From: Candidatus Thorarchaeota archaeon
GTDB lineage: Archaea > Asgardarchaeota > Thorarchaeia > Thorarchaeales > Thorarchaeaceae
Assembly: GCA_048882325.1 (NCBI GenBank)
Contig: JBHLRS010000008.1
Span: 2,056-66,055, forward strand
DNA: 64,000 nt
Direction of reading: 5' to 3'
Every line of letters begins with the position of its first letter. Within the stretch, counting starts at the first letter, position 1. Both the position numbers and the translations under genes were made by a program. Under the pieces are notes generated by a model that was given only the letters and a program-made list of their open reading frames with translations, had not been told where the DNA came from and ran no database searches. Positions 30,918 through 40,489 of this stretch are shown one piece after another.

Positions 30918-32501
30918 GTGTATCAGATGTCAAGCTCAGAGTTCGATGAAGATTCAATTCCGAGGTATAAACGCGGATATGAATGGTTTTCACACCTTGC
31001 TAACGCGGAGCTTTCCAGAAGGTCATGGAAACGTTTAGGAATCTTCTCATTCTATGATGCGCCTTATGTGGAGAGTGATTTGCTATATCTTTCTCCTAAG
31101 CAGGTAATGCTTACTATGGCGAAAATGGCCAAGACAAAAGAAGCGGGTCTTGTCTTTGTCGTGGACGCAATGGAAAAGGACGAAATGGGACTAAGCACAC
31201 GAGCGGGGTTTGACCAGTTCATGGAGATTTTCGATGGATTGTTCCCTGTTTCATCAAAGTTCTATTTTGGACCTAAGGAATCAGATAGACAATGGTTACA
31301 TGATTTCCCATCCATCAAGATTCCTCTGAACTGGCTTGTTAAGAGACCTAATGTCTTTGCAGAGGTATTATCAGATGCGTCACCCGTAGGTGAACGAGTT
31401 GGACCCGGCGATGCTTCGTTCGAGAACTTTGAGGGTATGATTGAAGTCCTTGTTGAGAAATTAGGACCGCCTTCACTTACCGAGGAAGTCATGGGGAAAA
31501 TTCGTAGCACAGAAGCAAGCGAATATGCTGGTGAGGCAGTAGGAATGATGACTGTCTTCATCAGTCCTGCTACTGCAGTATCTAGAGGTGTTAGATACTT
31601 AGGCAAGTTCATGAGTATGATCAAGGATCGCCGAAAACAAGAAGTGAAGGATGTCTATTTGGAATGGACAGAGCGAGTGAAGAGAGGATATTCTGAGGAA
31701 AGACTAAGACGTTTCTTTGATGATGCTCCAGATTTTAACTCAGGTCTCGTTGAAGCTGTTGCATCCTTCAAACCTGTACTATTGATTCTTGAAACTCGTG
31801 GGACTCTATACGATCTCTTCCTACCTTTGATTCTTCAGCACCTTGTGCATGAGATAGGATATATACCTCCTCATCGTCGACCACGGAAGAAGGAGGATTC
31901 CAAGAAGAAAGGAAAAAAGGATGAGGAGTGGGAAAGTGAAGCACTCGCATATGAGTCAATAGAGAGTATTGAAGATGAAGACCTACCACCCGTGACCGAT
32001 CAATTGATTCAGTCTGTGATTGATGATGAGATGTCAGAATCAAAAATCGAAATCTCAAATGATGAGTTCGAAGGAAAACCGGAAACCATCCTGTTCCTAG
32101 ATGCAGCTACTCATTTGTCGAAGTTTAATAGGTCTTTCAAATTCGCGCTAAACCTTCCTGAGAAACACCCCAACATGTCAGTTGCGGCATCATTCTTCAC
32201 CGACAGGGAGAAAATAAGTCAAGCACTCCAGGAGGGAGTTCTTGAGTATATGAAAGAGCGTGCATTGATATTCGATCTCCATCCTGCACTCTTTGATATG
32301 GCAACAGCACGAATGCCCGTTTCCAAGAAAGCATGGCTCAACGGCAGATTGCAGGAAATGGAAAAGATTCGCTCAGAAGGTGAGGTCGCTTTTCTCGAAT
32401 TCTCTAGTACTGACGAGTTCAAATGGGCACTTAGAGTGGTCGACAAACCTGAGAGTGAAGCTCTAGCGAAAATTCGTAGCTGGTTTCGCCGGGGAACCTG
32501 A
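30918..32501 (+). CDS. Hypothetical protein, probable catalytically degenerate HerA/FtsK-type ATPase
   Basis: Strand/helix order fits HerA: RLGIFSF, GLVFVVD, ILFLDAATH (cf. hhhhDEAH); no GxxGxGK. Confidence 0.4.
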   Translation: MYQMSSSEFDEDSIPRYKRGYEWFSHLANAELSRRSWKRLGIFSFYDAPYVESDLLYLSPKQVMLTMAKMAKTKEAGLVFVVDAMEKDEMGLSTRAGFDQFMEIFDGLFPVSSKFYFGPKESDRQWLHDFPSIKIPLNWLVKRPNVFAEVLSDASPVGERVGPGDASFENFEGMIEVLVEKLGPPSLTEEVMGKIRSTEASEYAGEAVGMMTVFISPATAVSRGVRYLGKFMSMIKDRRKQEVKDVYLEWTERVKRGYSEERLRRFFDDAPDFNSGLVEAVASFKPVLLILETRGTLYDLFLPLILQHLVHEIGYIPPHRRPRKKEDSKKKGKKDEEWESEALAYESIESIEDEDLPPVTDQLIQSVIDDEMSESKIEISNDEFEGKPETILFLDAATHLSKFNRSFKFALNLPEKHPNMSVAASFFTDREKISQALQEGVLEYMKERALIFDLHPALFDMATARMPVSKKAWLNGRLQEMEKIRSEGEVAFLEFSSTDEFKWALRVVDKPESEALAKIRSWFRRGT

Positions 32502-32574
32502 TAATTATTGGCGCCCGCAAGAGATATAATCAGCCCGAGTTATGTTGTCAAGTGACTCCCGGAGGCAATAATAA

Positions 32575-32988
32575 GTGACTAAGGGCGACATGACGCAGGC
32601 ACGAGTTATGAAAATCGAGAAGGGTGACAAAATTACCCTGCCGGCGGAATTTGTTGAGAAAATTGGCCAGCAATATGGCCTTGTAATTCTGGTTGTCAAA
32701 GATGGTAACGTCAAGATGTACCCTGTTGACAGTAGTAGCGTGATGTATCTCAAGCTGGTCATAGAAAAACTCAGCAAAAGCTTTCTTGAGGAACTAACAA
32801 TGGTCTTCATGGAGGTCGGGCTTGAAGATATTCTGTTCACCAGTGGGATTTGTCAAGCGGCTGACGAGTGTTTCTATGAGTGCTATTTCACACCTCAGCA
32901 GCTGAATGTGGATGTCAAGAGTCTGGAGAATCGTCTGCGGGGAATAACTGGCGTAAAGGAAGTCATGCTTCACGAAGTGCAGACCTAG
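32575..32988 (+). CDS. AbrB/SpoVT-type DNA-binding domain plus ACT-like domain regulator
   Basis: KIEKGDKITLPAEFVEKIG; C-terminal LENRLRGITGVKEV. Confidence 0.65.
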   Translation: MTKGDMTQARVMKIEKGDKITLPAEFVEKIGQQYGLVILVVKDGNVKMYPVDSSSVMYLKLVIEKLSKSFLEELTMVFMEVGLEDILFTSGICQAADECFYECYFTPQQLNVDVKSLENRLRGITGVKEVMLHEVQT

Positions 32989-32999
32989 TGTTGAGCATC

Positions 33000-34376
33000 A
33001 TGGCAGGTATCGCAGGTCTGCTTGTCACGCGTGAAGGACATGATTCAGATTTCTTGCTACAGAAGATGTCAGAAGCAATCAAGCATAGAAAGTTAGAGTC
33101 TTTCCACACTGCAAAATATAATGACTTAGATTGTATGATTGTTGGACCACGTTCTTTGCAGGGACCGGATGACGAGGTCTTCATCATTGACATGAATCAG
33201 GATCTCGATTTCTCTGCAGAAACCGAGGACATCACTTCAATCTCAGAAACATCAGGGATTGCTACTGTCATTGTTGACAATAATGGTGTTAGTCTTCTCA
33301 GAACTCTAGATGGTACGCGAAGCTTATACTTTGGAAGTAAAGATGACATCTTTGCATTTGCCTCAGAAAGGAAAAGCCTTTGGAGTATTGACATTACATC
33401 AGTACATGCAGTTGAACCTGGTCAGGGAGTCAGATTCACCTGGAATGGAAAGTTAACAGTTGAGAGTTTTGCTACTCTCGAGAAACCTACCAGATCCAAC
33501 GCAACAAAGAAAGAAACATTGAGAACTCTGAAGCGAGAATTACTAGGCTCCATCCAGAGACTCAGGGAGGGCAGCAAGTGTGCAGTGTTATTCTCTGGAG
33601 GTGTTGATAGTTCTCTTGTGGCTGTTCTAGCTGCCAGACAATGCGAGAAGACTTTACTCGTAACAACTAGAGCTGAGGGAACTCATGATGATTCTGCTGC
33701 CACAACAGCAGCAGCTCAATTAGGATTACCCCTTCTAACTGTGGATATGAATTCTCAAGTGATTTGGGAGATCTTGCCTGAGGTTATCCACTCAATTGAA
33801 ACATACAGACAGATGGATGTGGAGATTGCACTACCCTTCTACCTAGCCTCAGAGAGAGCTGCTGAAGAGGGATGTACTACAGTCATCTCAGGTCAAGGAC
33901 CAGATGAGTTGTTCGCGGGGTATGCAAAACATGTCAGGACATACCTTGAGAAAGGTGCTGAAGCTTTGGCAACGCAGCTCTGGAGAGAGGTATCAATTAC
34001 ACACGACGCTAACATCGAGCGTGACGACCGTGCAATAGCAGCTAACGGAGTAGATAGTTTCTTTCCGTATCTTGACCAGAAGTTCGTCACCGCGGCATTA
34101 TCAGTTCCAGTTGAGTGGAAGGTGAACCCTAAAGGGACCCCACAGAGGAAGATCGTTTTCAGAGAGCTTGCTCAACTTATGGGAGTTCCACAGGTAATAG
34201 CTGAAGCGCCAAAGTATGCTACTCAATACAGCTCTGGATCCTCAAAGGCAATCTTAGAGTCAATCGTTGAACATGTCAAGGGATTAAAGGAAATGAGTAA
34301 GAAGACCGCGTCACAAAAAGTCCAAGAAATTCTCTATGAGATTGCTCAAGAAAGTGGGGTGCCACACAGTGAGTAA
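33000..34376 (+). CDS. Asparagine synthetase B-like protein lacking the Ntn Cys1
   Basis: Start ATG 33000 gives MAGIAG (cf. MCGIAG); FASERK, LFSGGVDSS, SGQGPDELFAGY, FPYLD. Confidence 0.85.
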   Translation: MAGIAGLLVTREGHDSDFLLQKMSEAIKHRKLESFHTAKYNDLDCMIVGPRSLQGPDDEVFIIDMNQDLDFSAETEDITSISETSGIATVIVDNNGVSLLRTLDGTRSLYFGSKDDIFAFASERKSLWSIDITSVHAVEPGQGVRFTWNGKLTVESFATLEKPTRSNATKKETLRTLKRELLGSIQRLREGSKCAVLFSGGVDSSLVAVLAARQCEKTLLVTTRAEGTHDDSAATTAAAQLGLPLLTVDMNSQVIWEILPEVIHSIETYRQMDVEIALPFYLASERAAEEGCTTVISGQGPDELFAGYAKHVRTYLEKGAEALATQLWREVSITHDANIERDDRAIAANGVDSFFPYLDQKFVTAALSVPVEWKVNPKGTPQRKIVFRELAQLMGVPQVIAEAPKYATQYSSGSSKAILESIVEHVKGLKEMSKKTASQKVQEILYEIAQESGVPHSE

Positions 34377-34378
34377 TG

Positions 34379-34597
34379 TTATCCTCCGGCTATCCGTGGA
34401 AGCACAACTACAACATCATTTTCCTTTATCTGATAATCAAGCTGGACTCGCTTACCCTTTATGAGGACAACATGGTCAGATGAAAGATTCAGTTCAATTA
34501 AGAGTTCAGCAACAGTCTTTGGTTCGGTAACAATGAGTCTTTTGATACGAGTCTTGCTGATTGCGTCCGACAAGTGAGTCACCACAGTCAAATTCAC
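34379..34597 (-). CDS. ThiS/MoaD-family ubiquitin-like protein (SAMP/sulfur carrier)
   Basis: 72 aa, TVAELL..L, C-terminal LPRIAGG diglycine. Confidence 0.85.
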   Translation of the reverse strand: MNLTVVTHLSDAISKTRIKRLIVTEPKTVAELLIELNLSSDHVVLIKGKRVQLDYQIKENDVVVVLPRIAGG

Positions 34598-34884
34598 TCA
34601 AAGGCTTATAGGGTTGCTTCACTCAGCATGGAAAATATTCGACAACATTCGAATCAAGAATCAGCAATCATCGGTTTCCATTCGAGCTATTTATTATGCT
34701 GATAGCTAGAAAACACATTGTCGGCAGACTCCAAAGGTGAATCGAAACATTCGAAGAATGCCGTTTGTACCTTGGATGTCGGACAATAAGCTTCATAAGG
34801 GCGTTCAAGCCCAAATCGTAGAATAACTAACTGACGTATAAGAATTCGACATTTAACGAATTGCTAATTGAGGAGAAGAATACT

Positions 34885-35925
34885 ATGGTTGGTATTGTTG
34901 GTTACGGTGTTTACGTACCACGCTATCGAATCAAAACCTCAGATATTGCTGAAGTTTGGGGTGAGGATAGTGCACGAATAGGAAAAGGACTTGGTGTATT
35001 TGAAAAGTCTGTGCCAGGACCAGATGAAGATGTTGCCACAATCTCAGTTGAGGCTGCAAGAAATGCTGTGAAGAGAGCTGATATTGATCCAGTAGACATC
35101 GGAGCCATATATGTTGGGTCAGAATCGCATCCATATGCAGTCAAACCAACAGGAACAATTGTGTCGGAAGCAATCGGATGTTCGCACGAGATGACTTGCG
35201 CAGACTATGAGTTTGCATGCAAGGCAGGTACTGCAGCAATTCAAACAACAATGGGACTAGTAAAGTCAAAGATGATCAAACTAGGTCTTGCGATTGGGTC
35301 AGATACCGCTCAAGGAAGACCTGGTGATGCACTAGAGTATTCAGCTGCTGCAGGAGGCGCGGCATTCATCATAGGGATGAAGAATATAATTGCCACAATA
35401 GAAGACACAGTTTCCTTCACAACGGACACTCCTGATTTCTGGAGGCGTGAGGGCGAGGACTTCCCAAGCCATGGTGCCCGATTCACTGGCGAACCCGCCT
35501 ACTTCAGACATGTTGGTGAAGGAGCACGGCTTTTATTCAAGAAGACAAAGACCACAGTCGATGATTACGATTACTTCGTTTTTCACATGCCAAATGGCAA
35601 GTTCCCAATAGCTATGGGAGGACAACTAAAAGTCCCACCTGAGAAGCTGGAGGACAGCCTTGTAGTACGTCAGATTGGAAACACTTACTCTGGATCAGCC
35701 ATGATCGGTCTTGCTCGAATTTTGGATATTGCTAAACCAGGATCCAAGATATTCATGGTTGCTTATGGTTCTGGAGCAGGAAGCGATGCATTCTCAATCA
35801 CTGTGGAGGATGCGATTGAGGATCGTCGCGGTGAAGTACCTACAGTGGACGATTACATAGAGAGGAAAACATACGTCGACTACGCGACTTATGCAAAATA
35901 CCGACGTAAAATCAAAGCATTGTAG
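34885..35925 (+). CDS. Hydroxymethylglutaryl-CoA synthase (archaeal type)
   Basis: [44 protein letters not shown]; start 34885 behind GAGGAG. Confidence 0.95.
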   Translation: MVGIVGYGVYVPRYRIKTSDIAEVWGEDSARIGKGLGVFEKSVPGPDEDVATISVEAARNAVKRADIDPVDIGAIYVGSESHPYAVKPTGTIVSEAIGCSHEMTCADYEFACKAGTAAIQTTMGLVKSKMIKLGLAIGSDTAQGRPGDALEYSAAAGGAAFIIGMKNIIATIEDTVSFTTDTPDFWRREGEDFPSHGARFTGEPAYFRHVGEGARLLFKKTKTTVDDYDYFVFHMPNGKFPIAMGGQLKVPPEKLEDSLVVRQIGNTYSGSAMIGLARILDIAKPGSKIFMVAYGSGAGSDAFSITVEDAIEDRRGEVPTVDDYIERKTYVDYATYAKYRRKIKAL

Positions 35926-35933
35926 GAGGTTTC

Positions 35934-37097
35934 ATGATGAGTGAGAGAGTAGCGATTATCGGTGTAGGAATGTGCAAGTTTGGTGAACTTTGGGATCAAA
36001 ACCTTCGAGACATCACTTTGGAAGCGGGGATGTATGCAATCTTTGATTCAGGAGTGAAGGGATCGGATATCGATGGCATGGTCATTGGAAATATGAGTGC
36101 TGGTCGTTTCACTGGACAAGAACACCTTGGAGCCCAAGCTGCTGATATGGGAGGATTGGGAGATATGGCAGCCTACAGTGTTGAAGCAGCCTGCGCGAGC
36201 GGAGGTGCTGCTGTCCGTCAGGCATACATGGCTATCAAATCGGGAGAGCACAATGTCATGCTGGTCCTTGGTACTGAGAAGATGAGTGACGTCAGTCAGA
36301 CTGAAGCAATGAACACTATCTCAGTTGCCTCAGACTGGGAAAATGAAGGCATGTTTGGGGCCACTTTCCCGGCGCTTTATGCTTTTATGGCACGACGACA
36401 CATGAAAGAGTTTGGAACAACCGAAGAGCAGCTGGCTATGCCAACAGTCAAGAATCACGCAAATGCAGTGCATAATGAGTTGGCACAATTTCAGAGAGCC
36501 GTACCAATTGAGGTTGTGATGAAATCAGGATTACTAGCGGACCCACTCCGGGTTCTTCACTCAGCACCTGTAACTGATGGTGCGGCAGGTCTAGTAATGT
36601 GTAGGGAAGACCTTGCCAAGAAGTACTCAGACACTCCTGTCTTCATCGAGTCCTCAGAACAGCGAAGTGACACGCTTGCCCTTCATGATAGAGAGTCTAT
36701 CACGACAATGAACGCGGTCGTAAATTCTACACGATCTGCGTTGAAAGAAGCTAAACTAGAACTCAAGGATATAGATGTGTTCGAGCTCCATGACAGCTTC
36801 TCAATTGGCGAGATCATTCTCACAGAGGATGTAGGCATTGCCAAGAAAGGAGAGGGTGGAAAGGCTTTGGATGAAGGACTCACAGAGATTGGTGGTAAGT
36901 TCCCAGTTAACACATCTGGCGGGTTGAAAGCAAGAGGACATCCAATAGGAGCAACAGGAGTTGCTCAAATTGTCGAGCTATCTTTGCAGCTCAGAGGTGA
37001 TGCTGAAAAGCGGCAAGTAGACGGTGCAGAGAAGGGACTTGCTGTGAATATCGGAGGAACAGGTGCTACATCTATAACGCACATTCTAGGGAGATGA
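35934..37097 (+). CDS. Acetoacetyl-CoA thiolase (archaeal)
   Basis: EAACASGG, KNHANA, ELHDSF, SGGLKARGHPIGATG. Confidence 0.93.
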   Translation: MMSERVAIIGVGMCKFGELWDQNLRDITLEAGMYAIFDSGVKGSDIDGMVIGNMSAGRFTGQEHLGAQAADMGGLGDMAAYSVEAACASGGAAVRQAYMAIKSGEHNVMLVLGTEKMSDVSQTEAMNTISVASDWENEGMFGATFPALYAFMARRHMKEFGTTEEQLAMPTVKNHANAVHNELAQFQRAVPIEVVMKSGLLADPLRVLHSAPVTDGAAGLVMCREDLAKKYSDTPVFIESSEQRSDTLALHDRESITTMNAVVNSTRSALKEAKLELKDIDVFELHDSFSIGEIILTEDVGIAKKGEGGKALDEGLTEIGGKFPVNTSGGLKARGHPIGATGVAQIVELSLQLRGDAEKRQVDGAEKGLAVNIGGTGATSITHILGR

Positions 37098-37103
37098 TAA
37101 GAC

Positions 37104-37529
37104 ATGGCAGAACAAGGCGTAGCTCAAGTCTGGAGGCGAATCAGATCAATCTACAACGTTCAAGGTAATAAATGCGAAACGTGTGAAACTCACTATTTCC
37201 CGCCAAGACCCGTCTGCCCCAAGTGTAGAAGGAAGGGAAAACTTGTAGATTACCAGTTTAAAGGACTCGGTTCAATCTATTCATTCGCAATTGTTCGACA
37301 AGCTCCTGATGACTTCAAGCGACAGGTACCCTATGTCATTGCACAAGTCGAACTGGATGAAGGCACACGATTAACAGCTCAGATTGTCAACGTTGACCTA
37401 GGAGATGTTGAAATCGGAATGCGAGTTCGTGCCTGTTTCAGGAAAATCAAGGAGTTTGGTCAAGGCGGAGTCATTGTGTATGGTTACAAGTTTGAACCTA
37501 CAATGAAAGTCACTGGACATGATGATTAG
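37104..37529 (+). CDS. DUF35 Zn-ribbon/OB-fold scaffold of thiolase-HMGCS complex
   Basis: CETC..YFPPR.VCPKC, YGYKF; third gene of the canonical archaeal trio. Confidence 0.92.
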   Translation: MAEQGVAQVWRRIRSIYNVQGNKCETCETHYFPPRPVCPKCRRKGKLVDYQFKGLGSIYSFAIVRQAPDDFKRQVPYVIAQVELDEGTRLTAQIVNVDLGDVEIGMRVRACFRKIKEFGQGGVIVYGYKFEPTMKVTGHDD

Positions 37530-37660
37530 ACTTAGAAATCAGACTCTGTGATGAACCATTTACAGTGTGTAACATAATTGGGAAATTCAATCATAGCACT
37601 CAAATTGAGTAAGATTGATTCTAATGTCAATATAGGAACTCAGCAAAAGGTGAAATCGAT

Positions 37661-38938
37661 ATGATTTTTGAAACAGCCTTTACGATGGATAGCTCCAGCA
37701 TCAAATTTGGTCCTGGTGTCACCAAAGAAGTAGGCTATGACATGAAGAAACTTGGCTCAAGCCGAATTCTAGTGGTTACCGATTCAAATTTGACTGAAAG
37801 TGAACCAGTGAAGGTAGCCATCGAGTCTTTAAGAAATGAGGGTTTAGAAGCAGTTCTATTTGATCGGACTCGGGTCGAACCTACTGATGGGTCATTTAGA
37901 GATGTGATTAAGTTCGCAGCAAAAGGAAACTTTGATGGATTTCTTGGGGTTGGTGGTGGTTCGAGTATGGATACTGCCAAAGTTGCAAATTTATATTCCA
38001 CCTATCCAGCAGATTTCTTGGATTATGTTAATCGGCCAATCGGTAAAGGGATTCCAGTTCCTGGACCATTAAGACCTATGATTGCTATTCCGACTACAGC
38101 TGGAACAGGGAGTGAAACAACAGGTGTGGCCATTTTTGATTTAGAGAAGATGCATGTGAAAACAGGAATTGCCCACCGCGCATTGCGACCAGATATGGGA
38201 ATTGTAGATCCAAATAATACTAGAACCGTACCAAAGATCATCACAGCGACCTGTGGATTTGACGTTCTTTGTCACGCATTGGAATCTATAACAGCTCTAC
38301 CCTATGACAGTCGCCCTGCTCCAGAAAGTCTTGATTTGAGACCAGCTTATCAAGGTGCTAATCCAATCAGTCACTTATGGGCATCAAAAGCAGTAGAAAT
38401 GGTCTCTCAAAACATTATTCGTGTCGTCCAAAACTCTAATGATGATGAGGCACGATCTAATATGATTCTGGCTGCAACATATGCAGGGATAGGATTTGGA
38501 AATGCTGGTGTACATCTTGCTCATGGAATGTCGTATCCTGTATCTGGTATGGTCAGAGAATATATTCCTGAGGGCCTTAAATCAGACCATCCAATAATTC
38601 CCCATGGGATGGGTGTTGCTTTAGTTTCACCAGCAGTGTTTCGTTATACGTCAGAAACAAATCCAGAATTACATCTATCTGCAGCCAAATTGATGGGAGT
38701 TGATACAACTGGAGCAGATCCGAAGGATGCTGGTGAAATTCTCGTGAGCAGATTCATCGAGTTAATGAAAGCTACTGGAATGCCAAATGGTCTTTCTGCA
38801 GTGGGATTTAGCGAGAGCGATGTTGAGGATCTGGTTCAAGGTACATTGCCTCAACATCGAGTGACCAAATTATCTCCTCGACCAGCTAATGCCGAAGATT
38901 TGAGAATGATGTTTGAAGAATCGATGACAATTTGGTAG
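37661..38938 (+). CDS. Hydroxyacid-oxoacid transhydrogenase (ADHFE1/HOT-like iron-containing ADH)
   Basis: GGGSSMDTAK, PTTAGTGSETT, RPAYQGANP, GVHLAHGMSYPV, PHG, TLPQHRVTKLSP. Confidence 0.88.
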   Translation: MIFETAFTMDSSSIKFGPGVTKEVGYDMKKLGSSRILVVTDSNLTESEPVKVAIESLRNEGLEAVLFDRTRVEPTDGSFRDVIKFAAKGNFDGFLGVGGGSSMDTAKVANLYSTYPADFLDYVNRPIGKGIPVPGPLRPMIAIPTTAGTGSETTGVAIFDLEKMHVKTGIAHRALRPDMGIVDPNNTRTVPKIITATCGFDVLCHALESITALPYDSRPAPESLDLRPAYQGANPISHLWASKAVEMVSQNIIRVVQNSNDDEARSNMILAATYAGIGFGNAGVHLAHGMSYPVSGMVREYIPEGLKSDHPIIPHGMGVALVSPAVFRYTSETNPELHLSAAKLMGVDTTGADPKDAGEILVSRFIELMKATGMPNGLSAVGFSESDVEDLVQGTLPQHRVTKLSPRPANAEDLRMMFEESMTIW

Positions 38939-38950
38939 TAGATCATTCCT

Positions 38951-39637
38951 TCAGGTCATCTTCGTATCCCAATAATCTATCTCCGTGATTGATTTATTGA
39001 TAGGTAGTGCAACGTTCCAAATAGTCGTTGCACCAATCTCAACTTTCTCTCTAGGTGCATCATGAAGATGTCCATGTATAATGGCGTTTGGAGGATACTG
39101 ACTCACTGCTTCTGCGACCCACCATGTATATTCACTTGGTCTTGTTTCTTGAAGAGGACTAAAGTGCATTAACAGAATGACAATGTTTCCAGATCCTTTT
39201 GCACTTCGTAGAAGGCGTTTAAGCTGCTTTGCCCGTTCTTCGAAGACACCTCGGATTTCAACGGATGATTCTGAAGAAAGATTTGAGACCACAACTGACA
39301 TCCCTATTATGGTGACACTTGACTTTGCAATCGTGATCGTGACAGAGTCGTCATCCAACAGTGTAACTCTTCCTTCTGTCAGAGCAGCTAATTCGTCTCG
39401 ATGAATTGGAGGGTCTTCATTCCCAAAACACGCAATGAGTGGAACATCTTGACCAAATTGCACCTCAACAGCATCTAGAACATTTGTGTATTCATCGATT
39501 TTTCCACGGTTGATCATGTCGCCTGCAAAGAGGAAGAGATCTGGTTTGTTGCATTTTGAGAGTGCCAAATTAAATTCATTCAGATATCGCGGACAATGAA
39601 CATCCGCAATTGCAGCAATTCTAATTGGGTTCATCAC
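38951..39637 (-). CDS. Calcineurin-like metallophosphoesterase
   Basis: ADVH, AGD, FGNED, MH.SP, HGHLH. Confidence 0.88.
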   Translation of the reverse strand: MMNPIRIAAIADVHCPRYLNEFNLALSKCNKPDLFLFAGDMINRGKIDEYTNVLDAVEVQFGQDVPLIACFGNEDPPIHRDELAALTEGRVTLLDDDSVTITIAKSSVTIIGMSVVVSNLSSESSVEIRGVFEERAKQLKRLLRSAKGSGNIVILLMHFSPLQETRPSEYTWWVAEAVSQYPPNAIIHGHLHDAPREKVEIGATTIWNVALPINKSITEIDYWDTKMT

Positions 39638-40410
39638 TGATCAATATCCCAGATGTTCAATTCAGTGATAGCACCTACAGCAGGAAATGACACATTCCTG
39701 ATGATTGAAGCCCCTATCTTCACCTCATGTCGTGTTGAGTTGTGAACATGTCCATGAATGACAAGATCGGGTTGGTGGTTGACAACCACGCTGTAAAACT
39801 TCCGGCTGCCCAACCATGAAAATGCAGTTATGTCCTCACCCTCACAGGTTTCCAGACAGGGGCTATAATGCATTAGTAGAACCTGATAATCCACATTCCC
39901 TTTCATCTTCCTCAAAAGGGACGCAGCCCTCCGCGCCCTTCGCTCAAACACCCCTTTCACACTGGGAATGTTCCTTCGTTGCCAACTAGTCGCTTTGTCT
40001 AGAGATCCCTGTGTTCCCACAATACCTATCTTCTTCCCATCGAACGCGAACGTGTGTGACTTCTCATCGAGTAAAACCATTCGATCGCCAACAAAAGATA
40101 GGATATCTTTTCGAACCTCGTTATACTCTTCGTTTCCAAAGCAACCAATAATTGGGAATTCAGTTCCTATTGTCTGCTCAATGGTATCTAGTACATTTTT
40201 GTACTCCTCTGCATTCCCACGATTTATCATATCCCCTGCAAACAAGAACGCATCTGGTTGCTCGTGTTGAGCAAGAGCCTTTGCAAACTCGTCGAGGTAT
40301 CGGGGGCTATGAATATCTGCAACTGCTAGTAATTTCACCTTAGCCACTTGTCTGTATGATAAGGCGTAATGGCCAAACAAGGATATTAACTGTTTGAAGT
40401 GGTAATCCAA
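39634..40410 (-). CDS. Calcineurin-like metallophosphoesterase (tandem paralog)
   Basis: ADIH, AGD, FGNEE, MHYSP, HGHVH; true start probably near VAKVKLL. Confidence 0.88.
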   Translation of the reverse strand: MDYHFKQLISLFGHYALSYRQVAKVKLLAVADIHSPRYLDEFAKALAQHEQPDAFLFAGDMINRGNAEEYKNVLDTIEQTIGTEFPIIGCFGNEEYNEVRKDILSFVGDRMVLLDEKSHTFAFDGKKIGIVGTQGSLDKATSWQRRNIPSVKGVFERRARRAASLLRKMKGNVDYQVLLMHYSPCLETCEGEDITAFSWLGSRKFYSVVVNHQPDLVIHGHVHNSTRHEVKIGASIIRNVSFPAVGAITELNIWDIDQ

Positions 40411-40489
40411 CTGGACAGCAAATAGGCGTTTTCTTTAATACAAGGATGTCATTACTTGTCTTGCTAGTTTCTCATAGGTTGGGTGATTA

